This document shows, piece after piece, positions 26,950 through 36,365 of a DNA stretch of 42,292 nucleotides. The stretch spans positions 1-42,292 of the IMG/VR virus record IMGVR_UViG_3300032212_000613. One strand, written 5' to 3'. The notes under the pieces are model-generated. The model was not told the origin of the DNA, ran no database searches, and worked only from the letters and a program-made list of their open reading frames with translations. The DNA is from a virus (Duplodnaviria; Caudoviricetes). Each line of letters begins with the position of its first letter. The stretch's first letter is position 1. The translations under genes and the position numbers were made by a program.

Positions 26950-27900
26950 ATGGCCCGAGCCTATGGTTCGAGCGCCACGCTGCTGCTCAAGCGGGAAACC
27001 GCTTATGGGCAAGCGGCCAGTGGCGACTATATCCGCATGCCTTTTAATCGCTGCACTCTGGGTTCCGAACAGGGCCTCATTGATGACCCTGTTTTGGGAC
27101 AAGGCCGCGATCCGCTGGCCCCCTTACAAGACGTAATCAATGACGAAGGTGAAGTAGTAGTGCCGATGGATCCGCGCTATCTCGGGATTTGGCTCACCGG
27201 CTTGTTTGGTGACCCGGCCACTACGGATAACGGCGATGGTACGTTTGACCATGTGTTTGCTTCGGGTAATGACGCTTTGCCAAGTTACACGGTCGAGGTC
27301 GGCATGCCTCAGGTTCCGGCTTTCTTCCAACATACTGGCGTTGTGCTGGGATCCATCGCACTGGAGTTTCAGAGATCGGGCGCGGCGGCGGCAACGCTTG
27401 GGGTCATCGCCCAAGGCGAAGTTCGCAACGATACGTCCCAAGGCGGAACGCCGACATCTCTGGCTTTCACACGGATCAGCCAGTTTCAGGGCGCCATCAC
27501 CCGGGGTGGTAATCCGGTCGGCAATTTGACCGGTGGGTCGCTCAATTACTCGAACAACCTCGAGAAAATCGAAACCATCCGTTCTGACGGCAAGATCGAT
27601 GGGGCCGACCCCACAGTGGCGGCTTTGACAGGCCGCATCGATGTGCGGTTTTCAGACACGACCCTGATTGATCTGGCTGCAAATGGTACGCCGGTGGACC
27701 TGACCTTCGGCTACACGGTTGGCAATGCCAGCGTCATGTTTGCTGCCCACGAGGTCTATCTGCCGAAGCCCAAGCTGGCCGTTGATGGTCCGGGTGGGGT
27801 TCAGGCCAGTTTCGATTTTCAGGGCGCACGCAATGAAGCTGCGGGACGCATGCTGGATGTCACCCTCACAAACGATCTGGATGGGAGTGACTACGTATGA
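26950..27900 (+). CDS. Major tail tube protein
   Basis: MARAYG...ETAYG...LGSEQ...GRDP...YLPKPK...GPGGVQASFD; AGGAG RBS. Confidence 0.85.
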   Translation: MARAYGSSATLLLKRETAYGQAASGDYIRMPFNRCTLGSEQGLIDDPVLGQGRDPLAPLQDVINDEGEVVVPMDPRYLGIWLTGLFGDPATTDNGDGTFDHVFASGNDALPSYTVEVGMPQVPAFFQHTGVVLGSIALEFQRSGAAAATLGVIAQGEVRNDTSQGGTPTSLAFTRISQFQGAITRGGNPVGNLTGGSLNYSNNLEKIETIRSDGKIDGADPTVAALTGRIDVRFSDTTLIDLAANGTPVDLTFGYTVGNASVMFAAHEVYLPKPKLAVDGPGGVQASFDFQGARNEAAGRMLDVTLTNDLDGSDYV

Positions 27901-28460
27901 TCTCCGTAAAACAACCCTGTGAACCGTTCGATATTGAACTTCCTTATGGGGTCACGGTCACCGTCAAACCGCTGACCACGGCTGGTATGGCGGCGGCTCA
28001 GGCGTCAGCCCGCCGGCGGGTTGAAGCTTTGGAATTCCAGCACAAAGAAATGATTGAAGCTGGATTGCCTGTGGATGGGCTTCCAGACTTTGCCGACAAG
28101 GCCGAACACGACGGTGTTTTTCAGGACCTGTTGATCAAGGAATTGGCCGTGCGCCATATCACGTCCTGGTCTGGCATTGAAGATGATCCGCCCGCTGGAC
28201 CGGAAACGGACAGCAATCAAAAAAAATTAGGGGCGCAAGCCCCGGTGACGCCGGAAAACATCTCCGCTGTTATGTCACTCTATCCTGTTGGGGAACGGTT
28301 CTTTCAGGAATTCACCCTGAAACAGGTGCTGCTCACCGCTGCAAAAAACGGATACGGGCTCTCTGCCGCTGGCACTTCCAGCCAGGCGGAGGGCCCCAAT
28401 ACTGCGAAGGGTGTGAAACAGACTGTGGGCAAGCCTGCCCAAGACGCCGATACGCCCTGA
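27897..28460 (+). CDS. Tail assembly chaperone (gpG-like)
   Basis: Lies between tube and tape measure genes; contains slippery heptamer A AAA AAC at 28343-28349. Confidence 0.8.
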   Translation: MISVKQPCEPFDIELPYGVTVTVKPLTTAGMAAAQASARRRVEALEFQHKEMIEAGLPVDGLPDFADKAEHDGVFQDLLIKELAVRHITSWSGIEDDPPAGPETDSNQKKLGAQAPVTPENISAVMSLYPVGERFFQEFTLKQVLLTAAKNGYGLSAAGTSSQAEGPNTAKGVKQTVGKPAQDADTP

Positions 28461-28672
28461 TCACAGATGAAGAATATGAAGCCTGGGACGTGCTGCAAGC
28501 CTGTCTTGGTCAGATGCGGGTGACTGCGTCCGGCCATGTGCTCGGCATTGATCTGGGCGTGGCTCTTCAAATCGCGAAAGCCCGTGGAGCAGACCTTTCG
28601 ACCACCTCTGAACTGTTGCAAGCGGCAGAGGCCGGTTTGGTTGAAGCTATGAACACACGAGAAGAAACCTGA
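28343..28672 (+). CDS. Tail chaperone gpT-like -1 frameshift extension
   Basis: -1 frame open from the slippery site to TGA at 28670-28672: KRIRALCRWHFQPGGGPQYCEGC...WDVLQACLGQMRV... Confidence 0.75.
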   Translation, partial: KKRIRALCRWHFQPGGGPQYCEGCETDCGQACPRRRYALITDEEYEAWDVLQACLGQMRVTASGHVLGIDLGVALQIAKARGADLSTTSELLQAAEAGLVEAMNTREET

Positions 28673-31203
28673 TGGCCAAAGCCAAACATACATACGCCGT
28701 TCGTTTGGCGGTCGAGGGTGGCAATAAGGTCAAAGCCGAGCTCGTCAATGTGGGTGAAAGTGGGGAGCGATCCCTCAAAAAGATTGAACGCGCCGGTGGT
28801 AAGGCATCGCGCGGCTTGTCTTCACTTGGGGAACGGGCCCGAATGCTGACCACAGGCATGCGAGCACTTGGCGGGGCCTTGGTGGGCGCGGCTGCCGTGG
28901 GTGGTCTCGCGACACTGATTGATCGGTCTATCTCTGCCGCCGATGCCATTGGCAAAACGGCAGACAAACTAGGTGTCGGCATTGAGGCGCTTCAAGAATT
29001 GCGATTTGCCGCTCAGTTGGCAGGCGTCCAGCAACAAACACTCGACATGGGATTGCAGCGTTTTACCCGGCGAGTGGCTGAGGCTGCCAAGGGAACAGGT
29101 GAAGCCAAACAGGCATTGACCGATATGGGTATCGCCCTTCGTGATCAGCATGGGAATATCCGTCGCTCTGAAGATTTGCTTAACGATGTCGCTGAGGCCT
29201 TCAAACGCACTGAGGACCCTGCCGAGCGGCTGCGCCTCGCCTTCAAGCTGTTCGACAGTGAAGGTGTGGCCATGGTGAATATGCTGGTTGGTGGTGCGGA
29301 CGCGCTGGAAGCGACCCGCCGTCATGCGCGCGATCTTGGGATCGTTTTGGAAGAAGATTTGGTGCGCAATGCTGAGAAGGCGCGTGACCAGTTAGACACA
29401 CTGGGCAAGGTGGTTTCTGCCAACCTGACCCGAGCTATATTGGATTTGGCTCCGGCCATTGCCGATGTCTCATCGGGCCTTGCTGATTTGGCGGCTGATG
29501 CGGCCACCACCTACGAGCAGATCAAGCTGGCCTTGTCCGGTGATTTTAATTTCGAGGGCCTGTCGGAACGCTCGACGCGGCGTATTGTCGAAGAACGCCG
29601 CCAAGAGCTTCAAGAGATCGCTCGAGAGCTCAATGAAATCGGCGACATCGGCTTTCTGGATGATCCCATTGCCTGGGGGCGCAAGGTAGCACTGGAACGC
29701 CGCCTTCAGGAACGGGTCGAACAATACCGCCAGTGGTCAACCAAACTTGCACTCATGCAAAGGGAGGATGGCGATAATGCGTTAGAACCTGATAGCACCA
29801 CCACACCTGATGCCATTGAGGCTGATATCCGATCCGCCCAAGACCGGTCTCGACGCATTGCGCAAATTGAAACTGATCTTCAACGCCAGCTCTTTGAGGC
29901 GACCCATCAGGGGGCAGATCGGATCCGGGCGGAATATGAGCGCCTCGTCTCTGAAATGCAGGGTTTGATTGAGCCGGGCGGCGGCAATCTGGATCAGGTA
30001 GGCGAAATCATGGCCCGGGCGGCAGCTGTTCGTGATGCCAAACTATCCCGTCTGGCTGAACAGGAAGCCGAAGCCGAGCGCAGAAAACAGGCTGCCAATA
30101 CACGGATCATTGAAGGTCTGAGGGCCGAGCGGGATGAATTGGCATTGACTGATCGGCAGCGATTTATTTCACAGGCGCTTCGACGTTTGTCTGCCGAGGC
30201 GACGGACGCCGAACGGGCTCAGGTCCAGGATCTCGCAGGAGCTCTTTTTTATGAGAAACAGGCTATTGAGGCCAGAACAAAGGCCGAAGAAGACGCAGCC
30301 CGTATCCGTGAACAAGGGAAAACGCTCACTGAAGAGCTTCGAACGGCAGAGGAAGCCTATGCCGCCGAGATCAGAAAACTAAATGAGCTGTTAGCCGCAG
30401 GAGCCATTAATCAGGAAACCTTCGCTCGAGCTTCTGAGCGGGCCTATGACCAAATGCTCCGTGCCAGCCAGGACTGGTCGGCTGGTGTTGTCCGGGCTTT
30501 GCGAGACTATGCCAGGGAATCATCCGACGCGGCCCAGCAATTTGAGCAGGCAACCTCCCGGGCTTTGAAAGCCAGCGAGGACGCCTTTGTTCAATGGGCG
30601 ACTACCGGCAAAGTGAGCGCGTCTGATCTGTTTAACTCCATCGCGGAAGAGGCCTTGCGGGCGGCTTATCGCATGGCGGTCATCAAGCCCTTTGGGGCCT
30701 TGTTTGAGGGCATTTTTGGTTCCATCGCTGGAAGTTTATTCGGTGGATCTTCCGGTATGGTCGGAGATTTCCCAGCACCAGGACCTGTGCAAGTGGCTCA
30801 TGTCGGTGGCGTCATTGGATCGGATCCATTGCCGAGCCGATCTGTCCACCCGACGGTCTTTGACAATGCGCCACGTTTTCATGGTGGCGGTGTGGTTGGT
30901 AACGAAGTGCCGATCATTGCCCGGCGTGGCGAGACGGTTTTTACACCGGGGCAGATGCGAGCTCTTGGTGCTGAACTGGGCCAAAAGCCGGAAGTGAAGG
31001 TCAACGTCCATGTTGATAACCGGGCTCCAGGCACGGAAGCCAGGGCGCAGTGGCGTTCAGACGGCGGCGGTGGTCTCCGGCTCGACATCATTGTGGAGCA
31101 GATCGAAGGACAAATTGCCCGCAACATCGGTCGTGGCGAAGGCTTGGCCCCGACCATGGAGAGACGCTACGGGCTCAATCCGGCAGCAGGGGCGTATCGA
31201 TAA
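28672..31203 (+). CDS. Tail tape measure protein
   Basis: 843 aa, Ala/Glu/Arg-rich helical, C-terminal FHGGG...EVPIIARRGETVFT motif. Confidence 0.92.
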   Translation: MAKAKHTYAVRLAVEGGNKVKAELVNVGESGERSLKKIERAGGKASRGLSSLGERARMLTTGMRALGGALVGAAAVGGLATLIDRSISAADAIGKTADKLGVGIEALQELRFAAQLAGVQQQTLDMGLQRFTRRVAEAAKGTGEAKQALTDMGIALRDQHGNIRRSEDLLNDVAEAFKRTEDPAERLRLAFKLFDSEGVAMVNMLVGGADALEATRRHARDLGIVLEEDLVRNAEKARDQLDTLGKVVSANLTRAILDLAPAIADVSSGLADLAADAATTYEQIKLALSGDFNFEGLSERSTRRIVEERRQELQEIARELNEIGDIGFLDDPIAWGRKVALERRLQERVEQYRQWSTKLALMQREDGDNALEPDSTTTPDAIEADIRSAQDRSRRIAQIETDLQRQLFEATHQGADRIRAEYERLVSEMQGLIEPGGGNLDQVGEIMARAAAVRDAKLSRLAEQEAEAERRKQAANTRIIEGLRAERDELALTDRQRFISQALRRLSAEATDAERAQVQDLAGALFYEKQAIEARTKAEEDAARIREQGKTLTEELRTAEEAYAAEIRKLNELLAAGAINQETFARASERAYDQMLRASQDWSAGVVRALRDYARESSDAAQQFEQATSRALKASEDAFVQWATTGKVSASDLFNSIAEEALRAAYRMAVIKPFGALFEGIFGSIAGSLFGGSSGMVGDFPAPGPVQVAHVGGVIGSDPLPSRSVHPTVFDNAPRFHGGGVVGNEVPIIARRGETVFTPGQMRALGAELGQKPEVKVNVHVDNRAPGTEARAQWRSDGGGGLRLDIIVEQIEGQIARNIGRGEGLAPTMERRYGLNPAAGAYR

Positions 31204-31221
31204 TCAGAAGGGCCTAAGCAT

Positions 31222-31701
31222 ATGACAATCACCTGGCCCAAGACCCTGCCGCTTCCAACGATTGATGGGTATGGCGTCCATCCTGGCGAAGCGATCCTTC
31301 GCACCGAGATGGAGGCTGGCCCCGCTCGTCAACGTCGGCGTTTTACGCAGGTGTCAAGCCGTATCTCTGTGCGTTGGCTGTTTCGTCGCGAGCAATTTGC
31401 ACTCTTTGAAGCCTGGTATCGCTGGCATGCCAAGGAAGGCGGAGAGTGGTTTGAAATCGATCTTATGGGCGGACTTGGTCTTGTCGGCCATGAAGCCCGA
31501 TTTACGCGCCAGTTTGAAGCCCGATTGAAAAATGGGGTTCTCTGGGAAGTCACTTCCGATCTGGAGATCCGGGAGCGGCCCACACTGGATGGGGATGCCC
31601 TCGACATCTTCCTTGAAAATGATCCGGCTCTCTTACTGGCGACTATTGCTGATTTGAACACACTTGTTCACCAAAAACTGCCGGGCCCAATGGCCTGGTA
31701 A
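31222..31701 (+). CDS. Distal tail protein (gpM-like)
   Basis: WPKTLPLP...RTEMEAGPARQRRRFT...FEAWY...GGEWF, directly after the tape measure gene. Confidence 0.75.
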   Translation: MTITWPKTLPLPTIDGYGVHPGEAILRTEMEAGPARQRRRFTQVSSRISVRWLFRREQFALFEAWYRWHAKEGGEWFEIDLMGGLGLVGHEARFTRQFEARLKNGVLWEVTSDLEIRERPTLDGDALDIFLENDPALLLATIADLNTLVHQKLPGPMAW

Positions 31702-31714
31702 GGGAAATCTATTT

Positions 31715-32575
31715 ATGTCTTTGCAAACTGATCTTGCGGCTGCCGTTGCACAAACCACGGCGGACGGACAGCTGCTGCACCAAATCGTCCATGGTGATGA
31801 CCAATCCGTTGTCCAAACGGAAGGCGGGTCCGTCAAAACCGTGGCGAAGGCTATGGCCGATGTGGATGCCCAATTGCAGGGCAGCCTCACAACGTTGGAC
31901 GAGATGGTGGCTTCGGCAACCGAAAGCGAAGCGCAGGCTGCCACCAGTGCGGCCAATGCTCTCTCCCACGAGGAAAGTGTTTCCAATAGTGCTGTGGCGG
32001 CAGCGACCTCGGAAACCAATGCCGAAGCCAGTGCTCAGTCAGCGGCGGAGAGTGCCGATGCCGCAGCATTGAGTGCCGCAAACGCTCAAACTTCTGAAAC
32101 CGGAGCGGCTTCTTCTGCGGCGGCCTCTGGCCAAGCGCAGGTCGCGGCTGAACAAGCAGCGGCCAATGCCGAGCAATCGGCCCAAACTGCAGCAGCCTCT
32201 GCCCTGTCAGCCGAAACGGCGTCCAGCTCTGCCACCAATTGCCAGGGTATTGCCCAAGGTCATGCGGAAGCGGCAGCCCTTTCTGCGCAGAACGCGGCCA
32301 CCTCTGAAACAAATGCATCGAATTCCGAGGCCAATGCCGCCCAGTCGGCTTCACAGGCCGAAGCTTCTTCTCTTGCGGCGAGCTCATCCGCTGCTGAGGC
32401 GCAAACGGCGGAAACCAACAGCACGTTCTGGGCTGGTGAAGCAGAAAGTGCGGCTGTTGCTGCGGAAGCGGCAGCGGTCATTGTCGCAAATGCCACCGGT
32501 CTTGATCTGCAAACTCTGATCGTATCGGCCAGACGTGGATCGGACTATCGCGCCCTTGGCATTGAACTGTTTTGA
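31715..32575 (+). CDS. Tail fibre/arm protein: N-terminal anchor + Ala/Ser-rich coiled coil
   Basis: IVHGD...QTEGGSVKTVAK anchor-like motif, then repeated A(A/Q)TSETNA-type units. Confidence 0.7.
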   Translation: MSLQTDLAAAVAQTTADGQLLHQIVHGDDQSVVQTEGGSVKTVAKAMADVDAQLQGSLTTLDEMVASATESEAQAATSAANALSHEESVSNSAVAAATSETNAEASAQSAAESADAAALSAANAQTSETGAASSAAASGQAQVAAEQAAANAEQSAQTAAASALSAETASSSATNCQGIAQGHAEAAALSAQNAATSETNASNSEANAAQSASQAEASSLAASSSAAEAQTAETNSTFWAGEAESAAVAAEAAAVIVANATGLDLQTLIVSARRGSDYRALGIELF

Positions 32576-32586
32576 GGGAACCTGTG

Positions 32587-32985
32587 ATGACGACACTTGC
32601 TCATTATCAAACGCTTAAAACGGCTGAAGCCAATGCGTTCTCGGCCATCAGCGCCAAGCTGGATCAAGCCAATCTACGCATGGACGACTTCGCCCTCATG
32701 GTGAAAGCCGTGGAGCTCATGGAAAACATCCAGAATCCGGCGGCCTATGAAGCTCTGAAACAAAAGATCGCCCAGAAATCCGTCGGGTTCTATTCCCCGG
32801 ATTTGAGTGGGGAGGATTTGCTCATGCTGACCCGGGCCACTCGCATCGGCGACGTGCCCTTTGGTGGCGAAGAGCGCTGGAAACTGATGAACCGGGACAC
32901 CAGCAATTTGGACCTCGTCGGTGACGTCATGGTCGGAGAGCGATCCCTTGAAGCCTTTGGCGAAAGCGTCCTTGAAAATCTGTAA
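32587..32985 (+). CDS. Hypothetical protein (adsorption cassette)
   Basis: 132 aa, GAGGGA RBS. Confidence 0.7.
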   Translation: MTTLAHYQTLKTAEANAFSAISAKLDQANLRMDDFALMVKAVELMENIQNPAAYEALKQKIAQKSVGFYSPDLSGEDLLMLTRATRIGDVPFGGEERWKLMNRDTSNLDLVGDVMVGERSLEAFGESVLENL

Positions 32986-32999
32986 TTGGAGAAACATCC

Positions 33000-33566
33000 A
33001 TGCCCATCACAATCCCACCTATTCCGGACACGTCGCCTTTTGCGACCTTTGATGAAGATATCGACATCTTCAGCAATTCGAAGGCCAAGGACATCCCAGT
33101 CAAGCTGAAAGCCATCACCGAAGCCTTGAAGGCGCATATCAATACCCTCTGGCTTGCCACAGCGACCGGGTTTGTGAACGACACGGTCATTGCGGACCTG
33201 AATACGGCGCTTGCCAACATCGAGGCCTTCAACAACGCCTTGGAAACCCAGATCAACGATCAATTGGCCGAGTTTGAGGTCAATCTAGGGAACTACTTAG
33301 GCGTTGGGGCCGGGTATTCGGTGGATGCGGCTAACGCGGCCTTGTTCACCGGCACCATCGTTTCCGGTGATCTGACCTATGACAACCTGGGCCGGGTCAT
33401 CACAATCCAGCAAGGGCCGCGTCTCGTGGACAACATCACCTATGACGATCAAGGCCGGATGACGGGTTATGACGAAATGCTGACCATTGGTGGCATCGAC
33501 TATGCCCGCAGCTTCACTTTCACCTATACGCCCGATGGGCAAATCGACGCCATCACGGAGGTCTGA
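33000..33566 (+). CDS. Hypothetical protein: coiled-coil N-terminus, YD-like repeats at C-terminus
   Basis: TYDNLGRV, TYDDQGRM, TYTPDGQI; GGAG RBS. Confidence 0.75.
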   Translation: MPITIPPIPDTSPFATFDEDIDIFSNSKAKDIPVKLKAITEALKAHINTLWLATATGFVNDTVIADLNTALANIEAFNNALETQINDQLAEFEVNLGNYLGVGAGYSVDAANAALFTGTIVSGDLTYDNLGRVITIQQGPRLVDNITYDDQGRMTGYDEMLTIGGIDYARSFTFTYTPDGQIDAITEV

Positions 33567-33568
33567 CG

Positions 33569-34912
33569 ATGGATATTCTGACGTTTAACGCTGTCAAACA
33601 GCAGCAACACCACCTGAATGCGGATCTCTTGGATCCGTGGAAACAAGCTGCGTTTGCCGTGGTGACCATGTCCAGTTCAGCACCTTGGGGCACCATTGTT
33701 TACAATCATTACCTTCAGGAAGTGGGCCGTCAAAACTATAACAACAGTGACTACACGCAAGGCTGTACAAGCAGCATGGGAACGGAATTCTTCAATAACT
33801 GGTATTCCTACGGTCAGACCAACTCAAACATTTCCTCGACGGATTCATCCTATGGTGACAATACAGCTCGCTGCGGTCATTTAGGGCATATAGCCCTGGC
33901 AGTTGCCTCTGATGGAACCATGGTCGGTCGTGCTGCACCTCATGCGGCGACGGCACTTCGCAATGTCGGCGTTTGGGTCAATAACAAGACCAATAAGAAC
34001 CTCGCCTTGTTCATGGAAAACCAATATGCCGGGGTCGCGCCGCGTGCCATTGCGCCCGGGCGTTTGTCTGGCACTGAGGGCTGGCACCTGGCCTGGACGG
34101 CAAACAAGTTCTACGCCCAGAATGATTTCGGCACCTACAACAAGTACGGGATGATCGGATACAACGAGAAGACCCGCACCCTTGTGATCAATGAAAACAC
34201 CAATGGCGGGACGGGCATGCGGTTGCATGTTTACTCAAACGTTGCACCGTTCGATATCCATGCTTCTGACCGCAAAACCTGGTTCGATGCCTTAGACGAG
34301 GCCAATCACACATTCTTTGACTGGACGGCAAACTCGGCTGGCTACAGTGAAAGTTTGTATCGTGCGGTCATCGTTCCTTGCGATGACGGTAAGGTGATCA
34401 TCGTTCGGATGGAACCCCACAGCTATTGCATGCTGGATCGGTTCACGCCGGATGGGGCCGGTGGCTTTACGCAAGAAGCGACCCACACGCTAAGCACCAC
34501 CACGTCCTATGGGATGGAGCAAGGGGATCGCAACGGCATCCGCTTCCAGATCTCGAACGACGGCAAATACGTCATTTGTTATCAGCCCTATTACTACTAC
34601 GGGGCCGGGGCTGAGGTGTTCCTGATCCGAGTGTCTGACGGCAAGTATGTTTTCTTGCAGCACCAGGATAGCAGCTACGGGCGTTCGTTTGCGCCGATCC
34701 GTGACAGTGACTTCATGATTTCCTATAGCCCGAATTCTGACAGTGGCTATGGCATCTATATGTCGCACATCGACACCAAGAGCATTTTTGAGACGATCGC
34801 CGACAAGGGCGACATGAGTTCCAAGGTGCCCGGCTTCAATGTCTACATCTTCGACAGCGCCTATCACTCCACCAACTATCCCTACATCGTGCCGATCATC
34901 GGAGGTAACTAA
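33569..34912 (+). CDS. Putative receptor-binding protein, beta-rich (Tyr/Ser/Gly/Asn-rich)
   Basis: 447 aa, GGAGG RBS, short beta-strand patterns (FQISNDGKYVICYQ) suggestive of a propeller. Confidence 0.65.
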   Translation: MDILTFNAVKQQQHHLNADLLDPWKQAAFAVVTMSSSAPWGTIVYNHYLQEVGRQNYNNSDYTQGCTSSMGTEFFNNWYSYGQTNSNISSTDSSYGDNTARCGHLGHIALAVASDGTMVGRAAPHAATALRNVGVWVNNKTNKNLALFMENQYAGVAPRAIAPGRLSGTEGWHLAWTANKFYAQNDFGTYNKYGMIGYNEKTRTLVINENTNGGTGMRLHVYSNVAPFDIHASDRKTWFDALDEANHTFFDWTANSAGYSESLYRAVIVPCDDGKVIIVRMEPHSYCMLDRFTPDGAGGFTQEATHTLSTTTSYGMEQGDRNGIRFQISNDGKYVICYQPYYYYGAGAEVFLIRVSDGKYVFLQHQDSSYGRSFAPIRDSDFMISYSPNSDSGYGIYMSHIDTKSIFETIADKGDMSSKVPGFNVYIFDSAYHSTNYPYIVPIIGGN

Positions 34913-34914
34913 TC

Positions 34915-35352
34915 ATGGTCGATAAAATCAGCTTTCCCCATAGCGACGACTGGGGCGTGATTAGCCCGAGCGGTCAGTTCAAGCTGCCTGTGCCGTCCAA
35001 GCTCGGTCACCGTTTTCAGTTGGTCGATGGCAAGGTGGTCGATCGCTATGGCGGCGTCACGGATGATGAGGTCAAGCAGCAAGACGCCGATACCGTGGCA
35101 TCTCAACAAGCGACGGACTTGGAAGCGGCACGATCAGCTTTGATCGGTCGGGTTAAATCAGAGGCTGGTGAACGGATTGCGTCAACCGATTGGAAAGTGG
35201 ACCGTGCCAGAGAGCGAGACGCCCTGAACAGCACGACCACCTTGCAAGACGTTTATGCCGAGCGTGAGGCCATCCGAACAGCCAGTGATGAAGCAGAAAC
35301 CGCCATTGCTGCGCTTGCCACAATGGAAGAGATCCAGGCTTTCACTTGGTAG
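34915..35352 (+). CDS. Tail fibre assembly/chaperone-like protein
   Basis: DWKVDRARE...REAIR...EEIQAFTW C-terminus typical of fibre assembly proteins. Confidence 0.65.
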   Translation: MVDKISFPHSDDWGVISPSGQFKLPVPSKLGHRFQLVDGKVVDRYGGVTDDEVKQQDADTVASQQATDLEAARSALIGRVKSEAGERIASTDWKVDRARERDALNSTTTLQDVYAEREAIRTASDEAETAIAALATMEEIQAFTW

Positions 35353-35380
35353 CTCTCGCATTTCCAATCGAACCCAATCC

Positions 35381-35402
35381 ACCGGCCTTGAGCCGGTTTT
35401 TT
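35381..35402 (+). terminator. Rho-independent terminator closing the adsorption cassette
   Basis: ACCGGC-CTTGA-GCCGGT-TTTTT. Confidence 0.7.
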
Positions 35403-35421
35403 AATGTCTGCGTTTTGACCG

Positions 35422-35964
35422 ATGCCTGATCCAACACTCAGCCAGGCCATCCGCGAGGCCTATGCAGCCGCGCCTTCAGATGTGGTGATCCTGCATACAC
35501 TCGAATTGCGCCATCCAGCTTTTGTTGATGACGACGGAAGCCCGACGGCCATTCGGGTGGTGCGAGATCACCGTGATCTGGAAGCCCGCCTGGAGGCGTC
35601 TGCCCCCGTAAACGGTGGCGAGATGGTCACCTTCGTTGCTCTGGCCTTTGATTTGTCTCTGCCGCCCATTGATACGGCCCCCGTGCCCGAAATCACGGTC
35701 ACGTTGGACAACGTCAGCCGTGAGATCGTTCGCCATCTGGATGCGGCTGCCGTTTCTCAGGATAAGATCGAAATCACCTATCGACCTTATCTCTCCACCG
35801 ATCTGGAAGGACCGCAGATGGATCCGCCGATCACGCTGGTGCTGACCGAGGTTGAGGCCAATGCCCTACAGGTGACCGGACGGGCTCGGATGTTGGATAT
35901 CGGCAACAAGGCCTTTCCAAGCGAGACCTATACGGCCAAGCGGTTTCCGGGGCTGACGCGATGA
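35422..35964 (+). CDS. DUF1833 minor tail protein (gpL-like position)
   Basis: AIREAYAAAP...TLELRHPAF...IRVVRD...YRPYLSTDL...RFPGL. Confidence 0.85.
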   Translation: MPDPTLSQAIREAYAAAPSDVVILHTLELRHPAFVDDDGSPTAIRVVRDHRDLEARLEASAPVNGGEMVTFVALAFDLSLPPIDTAPVPEITVTLDNVSREIVRHLDAAAVSQDKIEITYRPYLSTDLEGPQMDPPITLVLTEVEANALQVTGRARMLDIGNKAFPSETYTAKRFPGLTR

Positions 35965-36365
35965 CGCACTGGGCCGAAACCTATATTGGCATCCCTTGGG
36001 CGGCAGATGGCGAAGGGCCGGACAGTTTTCACTGTTGGGCTTTCGTTTGTCATGTGCAGCAGCACCAGTTTGGCCGTGAATTGCCACCGATCCCAAACCC
36101 GGAAGACCTTCTCGCGATTGCCAGAGATTTTCGTGACCACCCTGAGCGCAAACGGTGGGACCTCGCCCAAGACCCAAAAGAAGGTGATTGCGTTCTGATG
36201 CGCCAGGCGCGTTATCCGATCCATGTCGGTGTTTGGCTGGATGTGGATGGCGGCGGGGTGCTGCATTGCGCTCAGGAATCCGGAGTTGCTTTTCAAACCC
36301 TTTCGTCCCTGTCTGCCAATGGCTGGTGGGTCGAGGGCTACTACCGATTTGTTGGAACCGATTGA
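35961..36365 (+). CDS. NlpC/P60 tail-associated peptidase (gpK-like)
   Basis: YIGIPW...FHCW...HVGVW...VLHC. Confidence 0.85.
   Translation: MTHWAETYIGIPWAADGEGPDSFHCWAFVCHVQQHQFGRELPPIPNPEDLLAIARDFRDHPERKRWDLAQDPKEGDCVLMRQARYPIHVGVWLDVDGGGVLHCAQESGVAFQTLSSLSANGWWVEGYYRFVGTD

Noticed and set aside
31900-32480. Tandem DNA repeat array
   Set aside because: Degenerate repeats reflect Ala/Ser coiled-coil coding, not a non-coding array
33569-35420. Diversity-generating retroelement target in the putative receptor-binding gene
   Set aside because: No reverse transcriptase and no template/variable repeat pair seen in the window
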